DNA of 64,000 nucleotides, taken from the NCBI GenBank assembly GCA_963798955.1, contig CAWCVO010000003.1, forward strand, positions 387,074-451,073, given 5' to 3'. The translations under genes were made by a program, and so were the position numbers. Position 1 is the first letter of the stretch. The number at the start of each line of letters is the position of its first letter. Below the pieces are notes generated by a model. It was not told the DNA's origin, made no database searches, and saw nothing but the letters and a program-made list of their open reading frames with translations. Shown here one piece after another: positions 29,918 through 39,749 of this stretch. This DNA is from an uncultured Chloroflexia bacterium. GTDB taxonomy: Bacteria; Chloroflexota; Limnocylindria; Limnocylindrales; CSP1-4.

Positions 29918-30514
29918 TCAGCCTCGACGTTCCACGAAGGGTGCCGGCAGGCGTGACTCGGCAACCACCAGCGGCAGGTCGGCGCGGCGTGGCCGGCCAA
30001 GCCAGATGCGCGCCGACAGCGCGACGATCACCGAGACCATGCACACGACCGCGATCAGCACGAACCAGCCCGCGAAAGCATCGCTGCCGGCACCGAGCGA
30101 GTGCGCCACCGCGAGCGGCCAGCCGGCATAGGCGAGCCAGTGCACCAGGCGCCACGCTCGTTGGCCGATGTGCTCGCGCAGCAGGCTGGTGGCGATCATG
30201 GCGATGACTGCGTAGACCGAGATCACGCCCAGGCCGACCCACAGCGGGCGATACGACGAGGCGAACGGGATGACCGCGGCCGAGATGCCCAGCGCGGTAA
30301 AGGGATCGATGATCGCGGTGATCACGTGGACCGCCACGAAAGCGACCGACAGCAGCGCCAGGTTGTTGTGCAGATCAGCCGACAGGAAGCGCGGCCAGCC
30401 CGGACGCTGCCAGCCGGTGACCGAGATGAGTCCGAGCACGGCGACCACAGTGAGCAGGATCAGCGAAACGATCCCGGCACCGCGCGTGGCGAACCACAGG
30501 AGCTGATCGCTCAC
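29918..30514 (-). CDS. ferric-reductase-like transmembrane (di-heme b, MsrQ/FRD-type) protein
   Basis: 198 aa with 6 TM helices and conserved His pairs (LHNNLALLSVAFVAVHV; HWLAYAGWPLAVAHS). The GTG start overlaps the apbE stop (GTGA). Confidence 0.75.
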   Translation of the reverse strand: MSDQLLWFATRGAGIVSLILLTVVAVLGLISVTGWQRPGWPRFLSADLHNNLALLSVAFVAVHVITAIIDPFTALGISAAVIPFASSYRPLWVGLGVISVYAVIAMIATSLLREHIGQRAWRLVHWLAYAGWPLAVAHSLGAGSDAFAGWFVLIAVVCMVSVIVALSARIWLGRPRRADLPLVVAESRLPAPFVERRG

Positions 30515-31440
30515 GCGGCGGCTCGGCGCTCGGTCCAGCCGCCGACATAGGCAACCTCTCCGCGCTGGCCGACCAACCGCGCCGCCACGCCCTGTTCGGC
30601 GAGCCACGGCTCGGCCTGTTCGCCGAGCAGGATGGCCGCCGTCGAGCAGATGTTCGCGTCGACGCACGTGGCCGCGACGGCGCTGACCGTGCGCCACGGC
30701 CCGACGGCCGGGCGGCCGCTGCGCGGGTCGATGAGGTGGTGCATCGTGGCGTGTCCCGCCCGCCAGCGCCGGATGGTCATGCTCGAGGTGGCCATGGCGC
30801 CGTCCTGCAGGACGGCCACTTCGCCGGATCCGAGCCACGGTGCCCGACTGTCCTCATCCATGCGCACCCGCCAGCCGCTGCGTGGCGCGGTGCCGGCGAT
30901 GGCAATGTCGCCACCGATCGACACCAGCGCGCCGGCACCGGCGGGCAGCGCGCCCAGCACGGCCCGGACGCCCAGGTCGACGAGCAGCGCCTTGCCGGTG
31001 GCGCCGAAATCGAGCTCGACGCCGGATGGCACGCGCACCCGCCGCCGTCGCGCGTCCCAGTCGATCACCAGCCAGCCGGCGATTGCCTCGACCGTGGCCG
31101 GAGGCGCCGAACGGCGCCGCGCAACCTGGCTGAAATCGGCGTCGTAGCCTGACAGCCGCAGCAGCCGGCCGACGGTGGGATCGACCAGTCCGTCGGTCAG
31201 GCGGGCGCCGCGCAGGCCGGCTTCGAGCGCCACGCCGAAGAGCTCGCCCACCTCGATCGAGCGTCCGTGCGCCGCGTTGACACGGGACAGCTCGCTGTCC
31301 GCACGAAAGCGGCTGTAGCTCTGGTCGGCCGCGTCGATAACCGCCTCGAGCGCCGCGCGTGCGGGCGCCAGCGGCGCATCGTGTACGAGCAGGTGGACGT
31401 TGGTGCCGATGGCATCCCAATGGGCGGCGCGAACGGTCAT
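30511..31440 (-). CDS. apbE: FAD:protein FMN transferase ApbE
   Basis: 309 aa. SRFRADSELSRVN, DPTVG, DFGATGKALLVD and ATSS..R motifs of the ApbE family. Confidence 0.9.
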   Translation of the reverse strand: MTVRAAHWDAIGTNVHLLVHDAPLAPARAALEAVIDAADQSYSRFRADSELSRVNAAHGRSIEVGELFGVALEAGLRGARLTDGLVDPTVGRLLRLSGYDADFSQVARRRSAPPATVEAIAGWLVIDWDARRRRVRVPSGVELDFGATGKALLVDLGVRAVLGALPAGAGALVSIGGDIAIAGTAPRSGWRVRMDEDSRAPWLGSGEVAVLQDGAMATSSMTIRRWRAGHATMHHLIDPRSGRPAVGPWRTVSAVAATCVDANICSTAAILLGEQAEPWLAEQGVAARLVGQRGEVAYVGGWTERRAAA

Positions 31441-31754
31441 CCCGATCCGCCGGAGGTAACCCGCGCTCGCCCCCTGCTGCGCGTGGCCGGCTGCGCCACC
31501 TGGATCGGTACCGGAGCGGTGACCGGCTGCGGCGCGATCTGGGCGGCCTGCGGCTCGCTGACCGGATTGCTCGTCGGCGCCGCAACACCGCTGTAGGTCG
31601 CCGCGGCGAGACCGGCGAAGCCGATCGAGCCGGCGGTCCCCGCGAGCGCCGCGACCATCGTCAAGCCAGCGACACGGCGTATCGCCTGGTCTCGCGCGAC
31701 GATGGCCGAACGCTGGCGGTTTGGCGAGGGCCGGCGGTCTGGCATGACCGACAA
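31437..31754 (-). CDS. small secreted/anchored Pro-Ala-Gln-rich protein ending in ..RVTSGGSG
   Basis: 105 aa (TTG at 31754; ATG alternative at 31745). Basic N-terminus with RR, one TM/signal segment (GLTMVAALAGTAGSIGFAGLAAA) and a low-complexity tail. The stop is coupled to apbE (ATGA). Confidence 0.5.
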   Translation of the reverse strand: MSVMPDRRPSPNRQRSAIVARDQAIRRVAGLTMVAALAGTAGSIGFAGLAAATYSGVAAPTSNPVSEPQAAQIAPQPVTAPVPIQVAQPATRSRGRARVTSGGSG

Positions 31755-31805
31755 GCTATCGGCGCCGGCTGATAACAGGCTGTGGAGTGGCTGAACGAAG
31801 GCTGC

Positions 31806-32483
31806 CTAGTCGGCCAGGCGAAACACCCGCGCTTGCTTGTGTCCCGACTCCTCGACCAGCATGCTGGCGCGCACCGAGTAGGCCGCGAGTGGCACGAGGT
31901 CGCCGGGCAGGTAGCGCCGGCCGGGGTCGCCCACGAGCGCCTTGCTGCCGCCCCGCGACGCCCGGCGCAACCACCCGAGGAACCGCTCGGTCATAGCCGC
32001 CTCGTAGCAGATGTCACCCGCGAGGACGACGTCCCAGCCGCTCGTCGACTGGTCAAGCAGATCGCCGGTCAACACCGCTACCTGCACGTGATTGGCGATG
32101 GCGTTCAGCTCGATCGCGGCGGCGGCCAGTGGGTCGACATCGATTGCCGTGACCTGCAGCGCTCCGGCACGTACCGCCGCGATGGCGCACAGGCCGCTGC
32201 CCGAGGCCACGTCGAGCACGCGCTGCCCACGGACCGCTTCCGGATGGCTGACAAGGTGCTGCGCAACGGCCAGGCCACCCGACCATGCGTACGCCCAGTA
32301 GGGCAGCGGCACGTCCGCCTGGCCGGTGGCGAGGACCGTCTGGTCGTACAGCGCCATGATGTCGCCGCCCGAGTAGAGGCGCATCCCGGTCAGGCCCGGC
32401 ACCGCCCGCAGGCGAGTGTGCCCGCGCACGAAAGCAAGCGCGCCGGAGCGCGAGATAGTCCGCCCCGGATTAGCTCTGCTCAT
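31806..32483 (-). CDS. class I SAM-dependent methyltransferase (Nnt1/PrmA-like small MTase)
   Basis: 225 aa from the ATG at 32481-32483. SAM motif I RVLDVASGSGLCAIAA, motif II VTAIDVDP and VVLAGDICY. Confidence 0.75.
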   Translation of the reverse strand: MSRANPGRTISRSGALAFVRGHTRLRAVPGLTGMRLYSGGDIMALYDQTVLATGQADVPLPYWAYAWSGGLAVAQHLVSHPEAVRGQRVLDVASGSGLCAIAAVRAGALQVTAIDVDPLAAAAIELNAIANHVQVAVLTGDLLDQSTSGWDVVLAGDICYEAAMTERFLGWLRRASRGGSKALVGDPGRRYLPGDLVPLAAYSVRASMLVEESGHKQARVFRLAD

Positions 32484-32641
32484 GTAAGTGCACATGATGA
32501 ATGGCACAGCCAGACGGGCGATACGGCCCTTTGCGCGCCCGGACTGGGGGGCCGACGCTGGATCCGCGAACGGGAGCCGCTGGCCTCCGCTTCGACGCAC
32601 GCGTGCCGGTTAGCGAACACAGACGAGTTCGGGAGGCTTGG

Positions 32642-33043
32642 ATGCAGCGTCAGTTCGTAGTCCAGTTGGACAACCGTCCCGGTGAGCTTGCCCACCTGGC
32701 GCGCTCGATGGCCGCCCGCGGCGTGAACATCACGCACATCTCGTGCGCCGGCACCGGGTCGGTCGCGTGTGCCTTCATGACGACTTCCGACGACGAGGCC
32801 CGCGACGTATTGCGCGGCCTGGGCCACGATTTCATCGAGGGCGGCACAGTCGTGGTCGACGTGCTCGATCAGCCGGGTGGCCTCGCCGACGTCACCGAGC
32901 GGCTGGCGGCGGCCGGCGTGAACGTGCTCGGCACGATGTGCATCGGCCGGCGCGAGGGCGTGCTCGAGATGGCGTTCGCAGTCGATGACGAGGGACTGGC
33001 GAGGGCCGCGGTGACGCAGGCACAACTGGCGGGCGTGCCCTAG
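32642..33043 (+). CDS. tandem ACT-domain protein
   Basis: The ATG at 32642 is preceded by GGGAGG. 133 aa with two ACT-like units (FVVQLDNRPGELAHLARSMAARGVNI and VVVDVLDQPGGLADVTERLAAAGVNV). Confidence 0.7.
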   Translation: MQRQFVVQLDNRPGELAHLARSMAARGVNITHISCAGTGSVACAFMTTSDDEARDVLRGLGHDFIEGGTVVVDVLDQPGGLADVTERLAAAGVNVLGTMCIGRREGVLEMAFAVDDEGLARAAVTQAQLAGVP

Positions 33044-33055
33044 AGCAGGGCAACG

Positions 33056-33679
33056 ATGGAGGTCATGCCGGTCCAGGCCGGCCTGCCACAGGGCTCACCA
33101 GCAGTCTCCCACCCGCGCTTCCTCGACGAGGTGCGGGCGGCAGCGGCCGTCGACACGGGCCTCGAGCGCTGCATCCAGTGCGGCACCTGCGGCGGCTCGT
33201 GCCCATCCGCGGCGGCCATGGACCACACCCCGCGGACGATCTTCGCGCTGGTGCTGGCCGGCCTGCGCGATGAGGCCCTCCACAGCAACACGCCGTGGAT
33301 GTGTCTCTCGTGCTACTCGTGCACCGTTCGTTGCCCGCAGCAAATCCACATCCCCGATGCGATGTATGCCATCAAGTCGATCGCTGAGCGCGATGGGGTG
33401 GCGCCCGAGCGTACCGGCGCGGACTTCTCGCGCACGTTCGTCGACTACATCGAGCACTACGGCCGCAGCTACGAGATGGGCCTCGTCGCGCGGCACTACC
33501 TGCGCCATCACCCGCTGCGGCTGCCGGGCCTGGCGCCGATGGGCATGGCCATGCTCGTCAAGGGGCGCATGGGCTTCGTGCCGCACCGCATCCGCGGTCT
33601 CGCTGGCCTGCGGTCCATCCTCGCCCGGGCAGCCGAGATGGAGACCGCGGGCGCGCCGCACGCGGGTCATCAATCGTGA
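33056..33679 (+). CDS. hdrC: heterodisulfide reductase subunit C-like (HdrC)
   Basis: 207 aa with two 4Fe-4S motifs, CIQCGTCGGSCP and CLSCYSCTVRCP. Followed by hdrB with a 4-nt overlap. Confidence 0.85.
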   Translation: MEVMPVQAGLPQGSPAVSHPRFLDEVRAAAAVDTGLERCIQCGTCGGSCPSAAAMDHTPRTIFALVLAGLRDEALHSNTPWMCLSCYSCTVRCPQQIHIPDAMYAIKSIAERDGVAPERTGADFSRTFVDYIEHYGRSYEMGLVARHYLRHHPLRLPGLAPMGMAMLVKGRMGFVPHRIRGLAGLRSILARAAEMETAGAPHAGHQS

Positions 33680-34680
33680 ACGAATACCTGTACTACCCGG
33701 GCTGCTCACTCGAGGGCAGCGCCCGCGCCTACTCCGAGTCCATTGCGGCGATCGTCGAACCGCTGGGCATCGTCCTGCGTGAGATCGACGACTGGAATTG
33801 CTGTGGAGCGACGGAGTACCTGACGCTCAGCCCGCTGCGCGGCCACGCGCTCATCGGCCGCAACCTGGCCCTCGCCGAACGGCAGCGCGACGGCACCGAC
33901 ACGCTCGTGGCGCCGTGCAGTGCCTGCTACGTGAACCTGTCCAAGACCGAGCACTACACGCGCGACAGCACCGCGTTCCGCGACCAGCTCAACGGCGCCC
34001 TGGCGGCCGACGGCCTGAACTACACGCCGGGCGCGCTGCGCGTGCGTCACCTGCTCGAGATCGTGGTCGAGGAGGTCGGGCTCGACGCAGTCCGTGCCCG
34101 GGTCACACGACCGCTGCGCGGCCTGCGCGTGGCGCCCTACCTGGGCTGCCTGGTGGCACGGCCCGACTACGACCGCAGGTGGGCTGCCCACGACCAGCCG
34201 CGCATGCTCGACCAGCTGCTCGAGGCACTCGGCGCGGAGGTCGTCGACTTCCCGCTGCGCACGGCGTGCTGCGGCGGCCACATGACGCAGATCAGCCCGA
34301 CCACGGCGTGGGAGCTGATCCGGCGCATCGTCGACGGCGCCGACCGGCTGGGCGCCGACATGCTGGTAACCGCCTGCCCCATGTGCCAGATGAACGTCGA
34401 CGCCTACCAGGGCGAGATGGACCGCCATTTCAGCGCCCACTACCGGGTTCCGATCCTGTTCTTCAGCCAGCTCATGGGCCTCGCCTTCGGCCTGCCGCCG
34501 GCCGAAGTAGGCATCGGCCACGAGATCGTGTCCGCGGCGCAGGCGCTGCGGCATATCGGCCTGGAGCTGCCCGACGAGACACCCGCCACCGGCGCGGCGC
34601 CGGCCGGCGGCCACGAGGCCCGGCGCCAGAAGCGGCCGACCGGCCTGCCCATGCCCGAGCCACTGGAGACGAAGCGATGA
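33676..34680 (+). CDS. hdrB: heterodisulfide reductase subunit B-like (HdrB, two CCG domains)
   Basis: 334 aa. YYPGCS..NCCG and YLGCL..ACCGG CCG-domain signatures and ACPMCQMN. Confidence 0.9.
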   Translation: MNEYLYYPGCSLEGSARAYSESIAAIVEPLGIVLREIDDWNCCGATEYLTLSPLRGHALIGRNLALAERQRDGTDTLVAPCSACYVNLSKTEHYTRDSTAFRDQLNGALAADGLNYTPGALRVRHLLEIVVEEVGLDAVRARVTRPLRGLRVAPYLGCLVARPDYDRRWAAHDQPRMLDQLLEALGAEVVDFPLRTACCGGHMTQISPTTAWELIRRIVDGADRLGADMLVTACPMCQMNVDAYQGEMDRHFSAHYRVPILFFSQLMGLAFGLPPAEVGIGHEIVSAAQALRHIGLELPDETPATGAAPAGGHEARRQKRPTGLPMPEPLETKR

Positions 34681-36692
34681 CCGCCGACGGCCTGCCGCGG
34701 ACCGGCGTCTACGTTTGCCACTGCGGCACCAACATTGCCGGCACGGTCGATGTCGCGGCGGTCCGTGACTGGGCCGCGGAGCGGCTTGCCGGGCAGGGCG
34801 TGGTGGTCGCCCGCGACTACCCGTTCATGTGTTCGAGCCTGGGCCAGGAACTGATCGAGAACGACATCCACGAGCTCGGGCTGGAGCGGGTGGTGGTGGC
34901 TGCCTGCTCGCCGCACATGCACGAGAAGACCTTCCGCGGCGCGTGCGAGCGGGCCGGCCTCAACCCGTACCTGTGTGAGCTCGTGTCGATCCGCGAGCAG
35001 GACTCGTGGGTGCACACCGACCACGCGGCGGCCACCGCCAAGGCCGAGGCGATCGTCGCCGGCGGCGTGCTGCGCGTCCGCGAGCAGGCGCCGCTCCAGC
35101 CGCTCAAGGTGCCCATCGATGCGGCGACGCTGGTCGTCGGCGGCGGCATCGCCGGCATCTCCGCCGCGCTCGAGATCGCCGACGCCGGCTATCCCGTTCA
35201 CCTGGTCGAGCGCGAGCCGTCGATCGGCGGCCACATGGCCCAGTTCGACAAGACCTTCCCGACGCTCGACTGCGCTGCGTGCATCCTCACGCCGCGCATG
35301 GTCACCGCCGGCGCTCATCCCAACATCACGCTGCACACCTGGAGCGAGGTGACCGAGGTCAGCGGCTACGTGGGCAACTTCGAGGTCAAGGTGCTGCACC
35401 GGCCGCGCTACGTGGACACCGATGCGTGCACCGGCTGCGGCATCTGCGAGGAGAAGTGCCCGGCGGTCGTCGTCGACCGGGACTTCCAGGCCGGCATCGG
35501 CTATCGCAAGGCGATCTACCGGCCATTCCCGCAGGCTGTGCCCAAGTACCCCGTACTCGATCCGGATGCGTGCATCTACTTCGAGAACGGCAAGTGCAAG
35601 GCGTGCGAGAAGCTCTGTCCGCCCCAGGCCATCCGGCTCGACCAGCAGCCCGAGGAAATCACCCTCAAGGTCGGCAACATCGTCCTCGCCACCGGTTTCG
35701 AGACCTTCGACGCGCGACGGATCGAGCAGTACGGCTACGGTCGCCTGGCCAACGTCTTCACCAGCCTCGAATTCGAGCGCATGAGCAACGCCAGCGGGCC
35801 GACCGGCGGCAAGATCGTGCTGCGCGACGGGGTGACCGAGCCCAAGTCGGTGGCCATCGTCCACTGCGTGGGCAGCCGCGACACCAACTACAACAACTAC
35901 TGCTCGGCCATCTGCTGCATGCAGAGCATGAAGTTTGCCCACCTTGTGCGCGAGCACACCGAGGCCGACGTCTACGAGTGCTACATCGATATCCGTGCGC
36001 CGGGCAAGGGCTTCGATGAGTTCTACCAGCGCGTCCAGGCGGAGGGCACGCAGTTCATCCGCGGCCGCGTGGCCGAAGTCACCGACGTCGTGCGCTACCC
36101 CGAAGAGGCGCACGAGGATGGCCGGCTGATCGTCCAGGTGGAGGACACGCTGGCTGGCCGTCAGCGGCGCATTCCCGTCGACATGGTCGTGTTGTCGGTC
36201 GGCCTCCAGCCGCAGCCCGACGCGCACGAGGTGGCGCGCCGCTTCGGCATCACGTGTAGTTCGGACGGCTGGATCATCGAGCGCCACCCCAAGCTCGACC
36301 CGGTCGCGACGATGACCGAAGGCGTCTTCGCCGCCGGCTGTGCGCTCGGCCCGCGTGACATTCCGGCCAGCGTTTCGAGCGGCGCGGCCGCGGCGGCGCG
36401 CATCCTCGGCCGCATTGCCCAGCACGAGATGGCACTCGAGCCGCTTGCTGCCGTGATCGACGCGGACAGGTGTTCGGGCTGCCGGATCTGCAACGACCTG
36501 TGCCCGTTCAGCGCGATCACCTACGACGAGGCGCGCTCGGTGACCGAGGTCAACCCCGCGCTGTGCCAGGGCTGCGGTGTCTGTGCGGCGGCATGCCCGG
36601 CCGGCGCAATCAGCGCCACGGGCTTCACCAACGACCAGATCCTGGGCCAGATCGAAGGCCTGCTCGCGGATCGCGCGGTGGTGGCGGCATGA
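34677..36692 (+). CDS. hdrA: heterodisulfide reductase subunit A-like (HdrA, FAD + multiple FeS)
   Basis: 671 aa from the ATG at 34677 (ATGA with the hdrB stop). VYVCHCGTNI, FAD fingerprint LVVGGGIAGISAALE, and FeS motifs CTGCGICEEKCP, CKACEKLCP, CSGCRICNDLCP and CQGCGVCAAACP. The upstream part of track ORF 33798.. is out-of-frame overlap with hdrB. Confidence 0.9.
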   Translation: MTADGLPRTGVYVCHCGTNIAGTVDVAAVRDWAAERLAGQGVVVARDYPFMCSSLGQELIENDIHELGLERVVVAACSPHMHEKTFRGACERAGLNPYLCELVSIREQDSWVHTDHAAATAKAEAIVAGGVLRVREQAPLQPLKVPIDAATLVVGGGIAGISAALEIADAGYPVHLVEREPSIGGHMAQFDKTFPTLDCAACILTPRMVTAGAHPNITLHTWSEVTEVSGYVGNFEVKVLHRPRYVDTDACTGCGICEEKCPAVVVDRDFQAGIGYRKAIYRPFPQAVPKYPVLDPDACIYFENGKCKACEKLCPPQAIRLDQQPEEITLKVGNIVLATGFETFDARRIEQYGYGRLANVFTSLEFERMSNASGPTGGKIVLRDGVTEPKSVAIVHCVGSRDTNYNNYCSAICCMQSMKFAHLVREHTEADVYECYIDIRAPGKGFDEFYQRVQAEGTQFIRGRVAEVTDVVRYPEEAHEDGRLIVQVEDTLAGRQRRIPVDMVVLSVGLQPQPDAHEVARRFGITCSSDGWIIERHPKLDPVATMTEGVFAAGCALGPRDIPASVSSGAAAAARILGRIAQHEMALEPLAAVIDADRCSGCRICNDLCPFSAITYDEARSVTEVNPALCQGCGVCAAACPAGAISATGFTNDQILGQIEGLLADRAVVAA

Positions 36693-37255
36693 GCGAGTCA
36701 GCAAGCGCACCGGCGGGTGCCCCGATGAGTATCGCCTTCGAACCGGTCGTCCTCGCCTTCACCTGCAACTGGTGCAGCTACCGGGCCGCCGACCTGGCCG
36801 GCACGGCGCGCATTAAGTACCCGCCCAACGTGCGCCTGATCCGGCTGATGTGTTCCGGCCGCCTCGACCCGCTCTTCGTCCTCAAGGCGCTGGCCAGCGG
36901 TGCGGACGCCGTGGTGATGACCGGCTGCTGGCCGGCCGACTGCCACTATCGGGTCCAGAACAGCAAGGCGCTGCGCCGTTTCGAGCTGCTCAGCCGCGTG
37001 CTCACCGCGCTGGGCCTCGAAGAGCAGCGCTTCCAGCGGGTCTACGCGAGCGCCGCCGAGGGCCAGCAGCTCGCCGACGCCTTCACGCGCATCGTCGACG
37101 AAGTCCGCGCGCTCGGGCCGCTCGGCTGGGGGCGCCGACTCGGGCTGGCCAAGCTGACCGAGTCGGAGTCTGCGGTGCAAACCCCGGAAATCGCTGAACA
37201 GGCCGCTGAGCAGGCCGACGAGCTGGCGGGCGATCTGGCCGAGGTGACGTCGTGA
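36689..37255 (+). CDS. mvhD: MvhD-like (methyl-viologen-reducing hydrogenase delta subunit) protein
   Basis: 188 aa. FTCNWCSY..RLMCSGR..VVMTGCWPADCHY is the MvhD Cys pattern. ATGA overlap with hdrA. Confidence 0.85.
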   Translation: MSESASAPAGAPMSIAFEPVVLAFTCNWCSYRAADLAGTARIKYPPNVRLIRLMCSGRLDPLFVLKALASGADAVVMTGCWPADCHYRVQNSKALRRFELLSRVLTALGLEEQRFQRVYASAAEGQQLADAFTRIVDEVRALGPLGWGRRLGLAKLTESESAVQTPEIAEQAAEQADELAGDLAEVTS

Positions 37256-38271
37256 GCGAGCGCGCCAGGCACCGCTTCGCCATGTACTGGGCCTCCGCGT
37301 GCGGCGGCTGCGACGTGGCCGTGCTCAATCTTCACGAGGCGATCCTCGACTTTGCCGAGCAATTCGAGCCGGTCTTCTGGCCGGCGGTCATGGATACCAA
37401 GTACGCCGACCTTGCGGCCATGACCGATCGATCAATCGAGCTGACGCTCTTCTCGGGCGGCATCCGAACCGCCGAAAACGCGGAGCTGGCCCGCCTGCTG
37501 CGGCGCAAGTCGGCCATCCTGGTGGCGTTTGGGTCGTGTGCCAACGAGGGCTGCATCCCGGGCCTGGCCAACCTCGCCACCACGACCGCGCTGCTCGACT
37601 GTGTCTTCGAGACGCCGAGCACGGACAATCCTGAGCACCTGCGACCAGCGGCTCATTTCGATGCCGCCGAGGGCCTGCTCGAGCTGCCGGCATTCGAACC
37701 GCTGCTGAGGACACTCGACCAGGTGGTCGAGGTCGACTACCACGTGCCCGGCTGTCCGCCCGAGACCGAGCGCATCGCCGATGTGCTCGGCCTGGTCGGC
37801 GCCGCCCTCGACGGCCAGGCGACGCTGCCGCCGCGCGGCTCGGTCCTGGGCGCCGGCCACTCGACGGTGTGCGACGAGTGCCGTCGCGATCGATCCAGCA
37901 AGCGCCTTGAGCGCTTCGCCCGGCTGCAGGAGCTGCCTGCGCTCGATCCGGACCTGTGCCTGCTCGAGCAGGGTGTGCCGTGCAACGGCCCGGCGACACG
38001 CGATGGCTGCGGTGCGAAGTGCCCGCTGGCCGGCGCCCCGTGCATCGGCTGCTACGGCCCGACCGACGGCGTGACGGATTTCGGTGCACGCCTGCTGTCG
38101 GCCTTTGCGTCGCCCGTCGACGCAGTCGAGCGCGATGGCATCGACGCCATCCTCGACGGCCTGCCCGACCCGGTCGGCCAGTTCTATCGCTTCAGCCTGG
38201 CGCACTCGCTGCTGCGCGGGTCACGAGATGCGGTCGCGGCTGCCGCCGCCGCCGACGAGGTGGCCCGATGA
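37252..38271 (+). CDS. mvhG: [NiFe]-hydrogenase small subunit, MvhG/group 3 type
   Basis: 339 aa. WASACGGCDVA, FGSCANEGCIPG, VPGCPP and distal-cluster Cys motifs (CDEC.., CNGP..GCGAKCP, CIGCYGP). GTGA overlap with mvhD. Confidence 0.85.
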   Translation: MSERARHRFAMYWASACGGCDVAVLNLHEAILDFAEQFEPVFWPAVMDTKYADLAAMTDRSIELTLFSGGIRTAENAELARLLRRKSAILVAFGSCANEGCIPGLANLATTTALLDCVFETPSTDNPEHLRPAAHFDAAEGLLELPAFEPLLRTLDQVVEVDYHVPGCPPETERIADVLGLVGAALDGQATLPPRGSVLGAGHSTVCDECRRDRSSKRLERFARLQELPALDPDLCLLEQGVPCNGPATRDGCGAKCPLAGAPCIGCYGPTDGVTDFGARLLSAFASPVDAVERDGIDAILDGLPDPVGQFYRFSLAHSLLRGSRDAVAAAAAADEVAR

Positions 38272-39749
38272 CGCGCCTGACCATCGACCCGATCACCCGC
38301 CTCGAGGGCCACGGCAAGATCGAGATCTTTCTCGATGACGCGGGCGACGTGGAGCGAACGTACTTCCAGGTGCCCGAGTTGCGCGGTTTTGAGGCCTTCT
38401 GCGTCGGCCGGCCGGTCGAGGAAATGCCCGTCCTGACCAATCGCATCTGCGGCGTGTGCCCCGAGGCACACCACCTGGCCGCGGCCAAGGCCGCCGACGC
38501 GGTCTACGGCGTCGAGCCGCCGCGGCCGGCACGCCTGCTGCGCGAGCTCATGTTCAGCGCCTTCTACGTGACCGACCACGCCACGCACTTCTACGTGCTC
38601 GGCGGCCCGGACATCATCCTCGGCCCGGACGCGCCCGTCGCCGAGCGCAACCTGCTGGGCGTGATCCGCAAGGTGGGCCTCGAGGTCGGCGGCAAGGTGA
38701 TCGAGACACGCCGCGGCGGCCACCGCGTGGTCGAGCTCATCGGCGGCCGGCGCATTCATCCGTGCACGTCGGTGCCCGGTGGCCTGACGAAGGGCATCAG
38801 CGCGGCCGAGCGCGACGAGATCGCCGCCATCGCCGATGCGATGGTCGACTTCGCCGGCTTCAGCCTCGAGCTGTTGGGCAAGCTCATCGGGCAGGGCGAG
38901 ATGCGCGACCTGCTGCTGGGTGACCTGTTCCGCCACGAGACGTACTACTCGGGCCTCGTCGACGAGCACGGCCGGGTCGCCTTCTATGACGGTCGCCTGC
39001 GCGTCGTCGCGCCCGACGGCAGCGAGTTCGGCAGCTACGCCCCGGCCGAGTACCAGGAATGGATCGCCGAACACGTCGAGCCGTGGACCTATCTCAAGTT
39101 CCCGTATCTGCGCAAGGTCGGCTGGAAGGGTTTCGTGGACGGAGCCGACTCGGGCGTCTACTGCGTCGGCCCATTGGGCCGGCTGAACGCCGCCACGGCC
39201 ATGGCAACGCCACGTGCGCAGGCCGAGTACGAGCGCTATTTCGCCACCCTGGCTCCCACCGCCAACGGGCATCGCCCACCGGTCCACCTGCGCGGCGCGA
39301 CGCACTGGGCACGACTGATCGAGATGCTCTACGCGGCAGAGCGCATGCAGGAGCTGGTCGCCGATCCGGACATCACCTCGCCCGACGTGCGAGCGGTCCC
39401 GACGGCCATGCCGAGTGAGGGCGTGGGCACGGTCGAAGCACCGCGCGGCACGCTTACCCACCACTACTGGACCGATGAGCGCGGCATCATCACCCGCGTC
39501 AACCTGATCGTGGGCACGACCAACAACCACGCGCCGATCGCGATGTCGATCGACCGCGCCGCGCGGGGCCTCATCCACCACGGCGTCGTGGTCGACAACG
39601 GCCTGCTCGACCGGATCGAGATGGCCTTCCGCGCCTACGACCCATGTTTCGGTTGCGCGACCCACAGCCTGCCCGGCCACATGCCCCTCGAGGTGGTCGT
39701 GCGCGATCGAACAGGTGACACCGTTGGTGTCCTCCGCCGCGACGGCTGA
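38268..39749 (+). CDS. mvhA: [NiFe]-hydrogenase large subunit, MvhA/group 3 type
   Basis: 493 aa from the ATG at 38268 (ATGA with the small-subunit stop). ITRLEGHGKI, N-terminal Ni ligand motif RICGVCPEAHH, C-terminal DPCFGCATH followed by a 27-aa cleavable extension. Confidence 0.9.
   Translation: MTRLTIDPITRLEGHGKIEIFLDDAGDVERTYFQVPELRGFEAFCVGRPVEEMPVLTNRICGVCPEAHHLAAAKAADAVYGVEPPRPARLLRELMFSAFYVTDHATHFYVLGGPDIILGPDAPVAERNLLGVIRKVGLEVGGKVIETRRGGHRVVELIGGRRIHPCTSVPGGLTKGISAAERDEIAAIADAMVDFAGFSLELLGKLIGQGEMRDLLLGDLFRHETYYSGLVDEHGRVAFYDGRLRVVAPDGSEFGSYAPAEYQEWIAEHVEPWTYLKFPYLRKVGWKGFVDGADSGVYCVGPLGRLNAATAMATPRAQAEYERYFATLAPTANGHRPPVHLRGATHWARLIEMLYAAERMQELVADPDITSPDVRAVPTAMPSEGVGTVEAPRGTLTHHYWTDERGIITRVNLIVGTTNNHAPIAMSIDRAARGLIHHGVVVDNGLLDRIEMAFRAYDPCFGCATHSLPGHMPLEVVVRDRTGDTVGVLRRDG

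Noticed and set aside
33798-36692. 964-aa version of HdrA starting at 33798
   Set aside because: The first 293 codons overlap hdrB out of frame and translate to Arg/Pro/Ala-rich nonsense. The ATG at 34677, coupled to the hdrB stop, gives a canonical HdrA N-terminus (VYVCHCGTNI).
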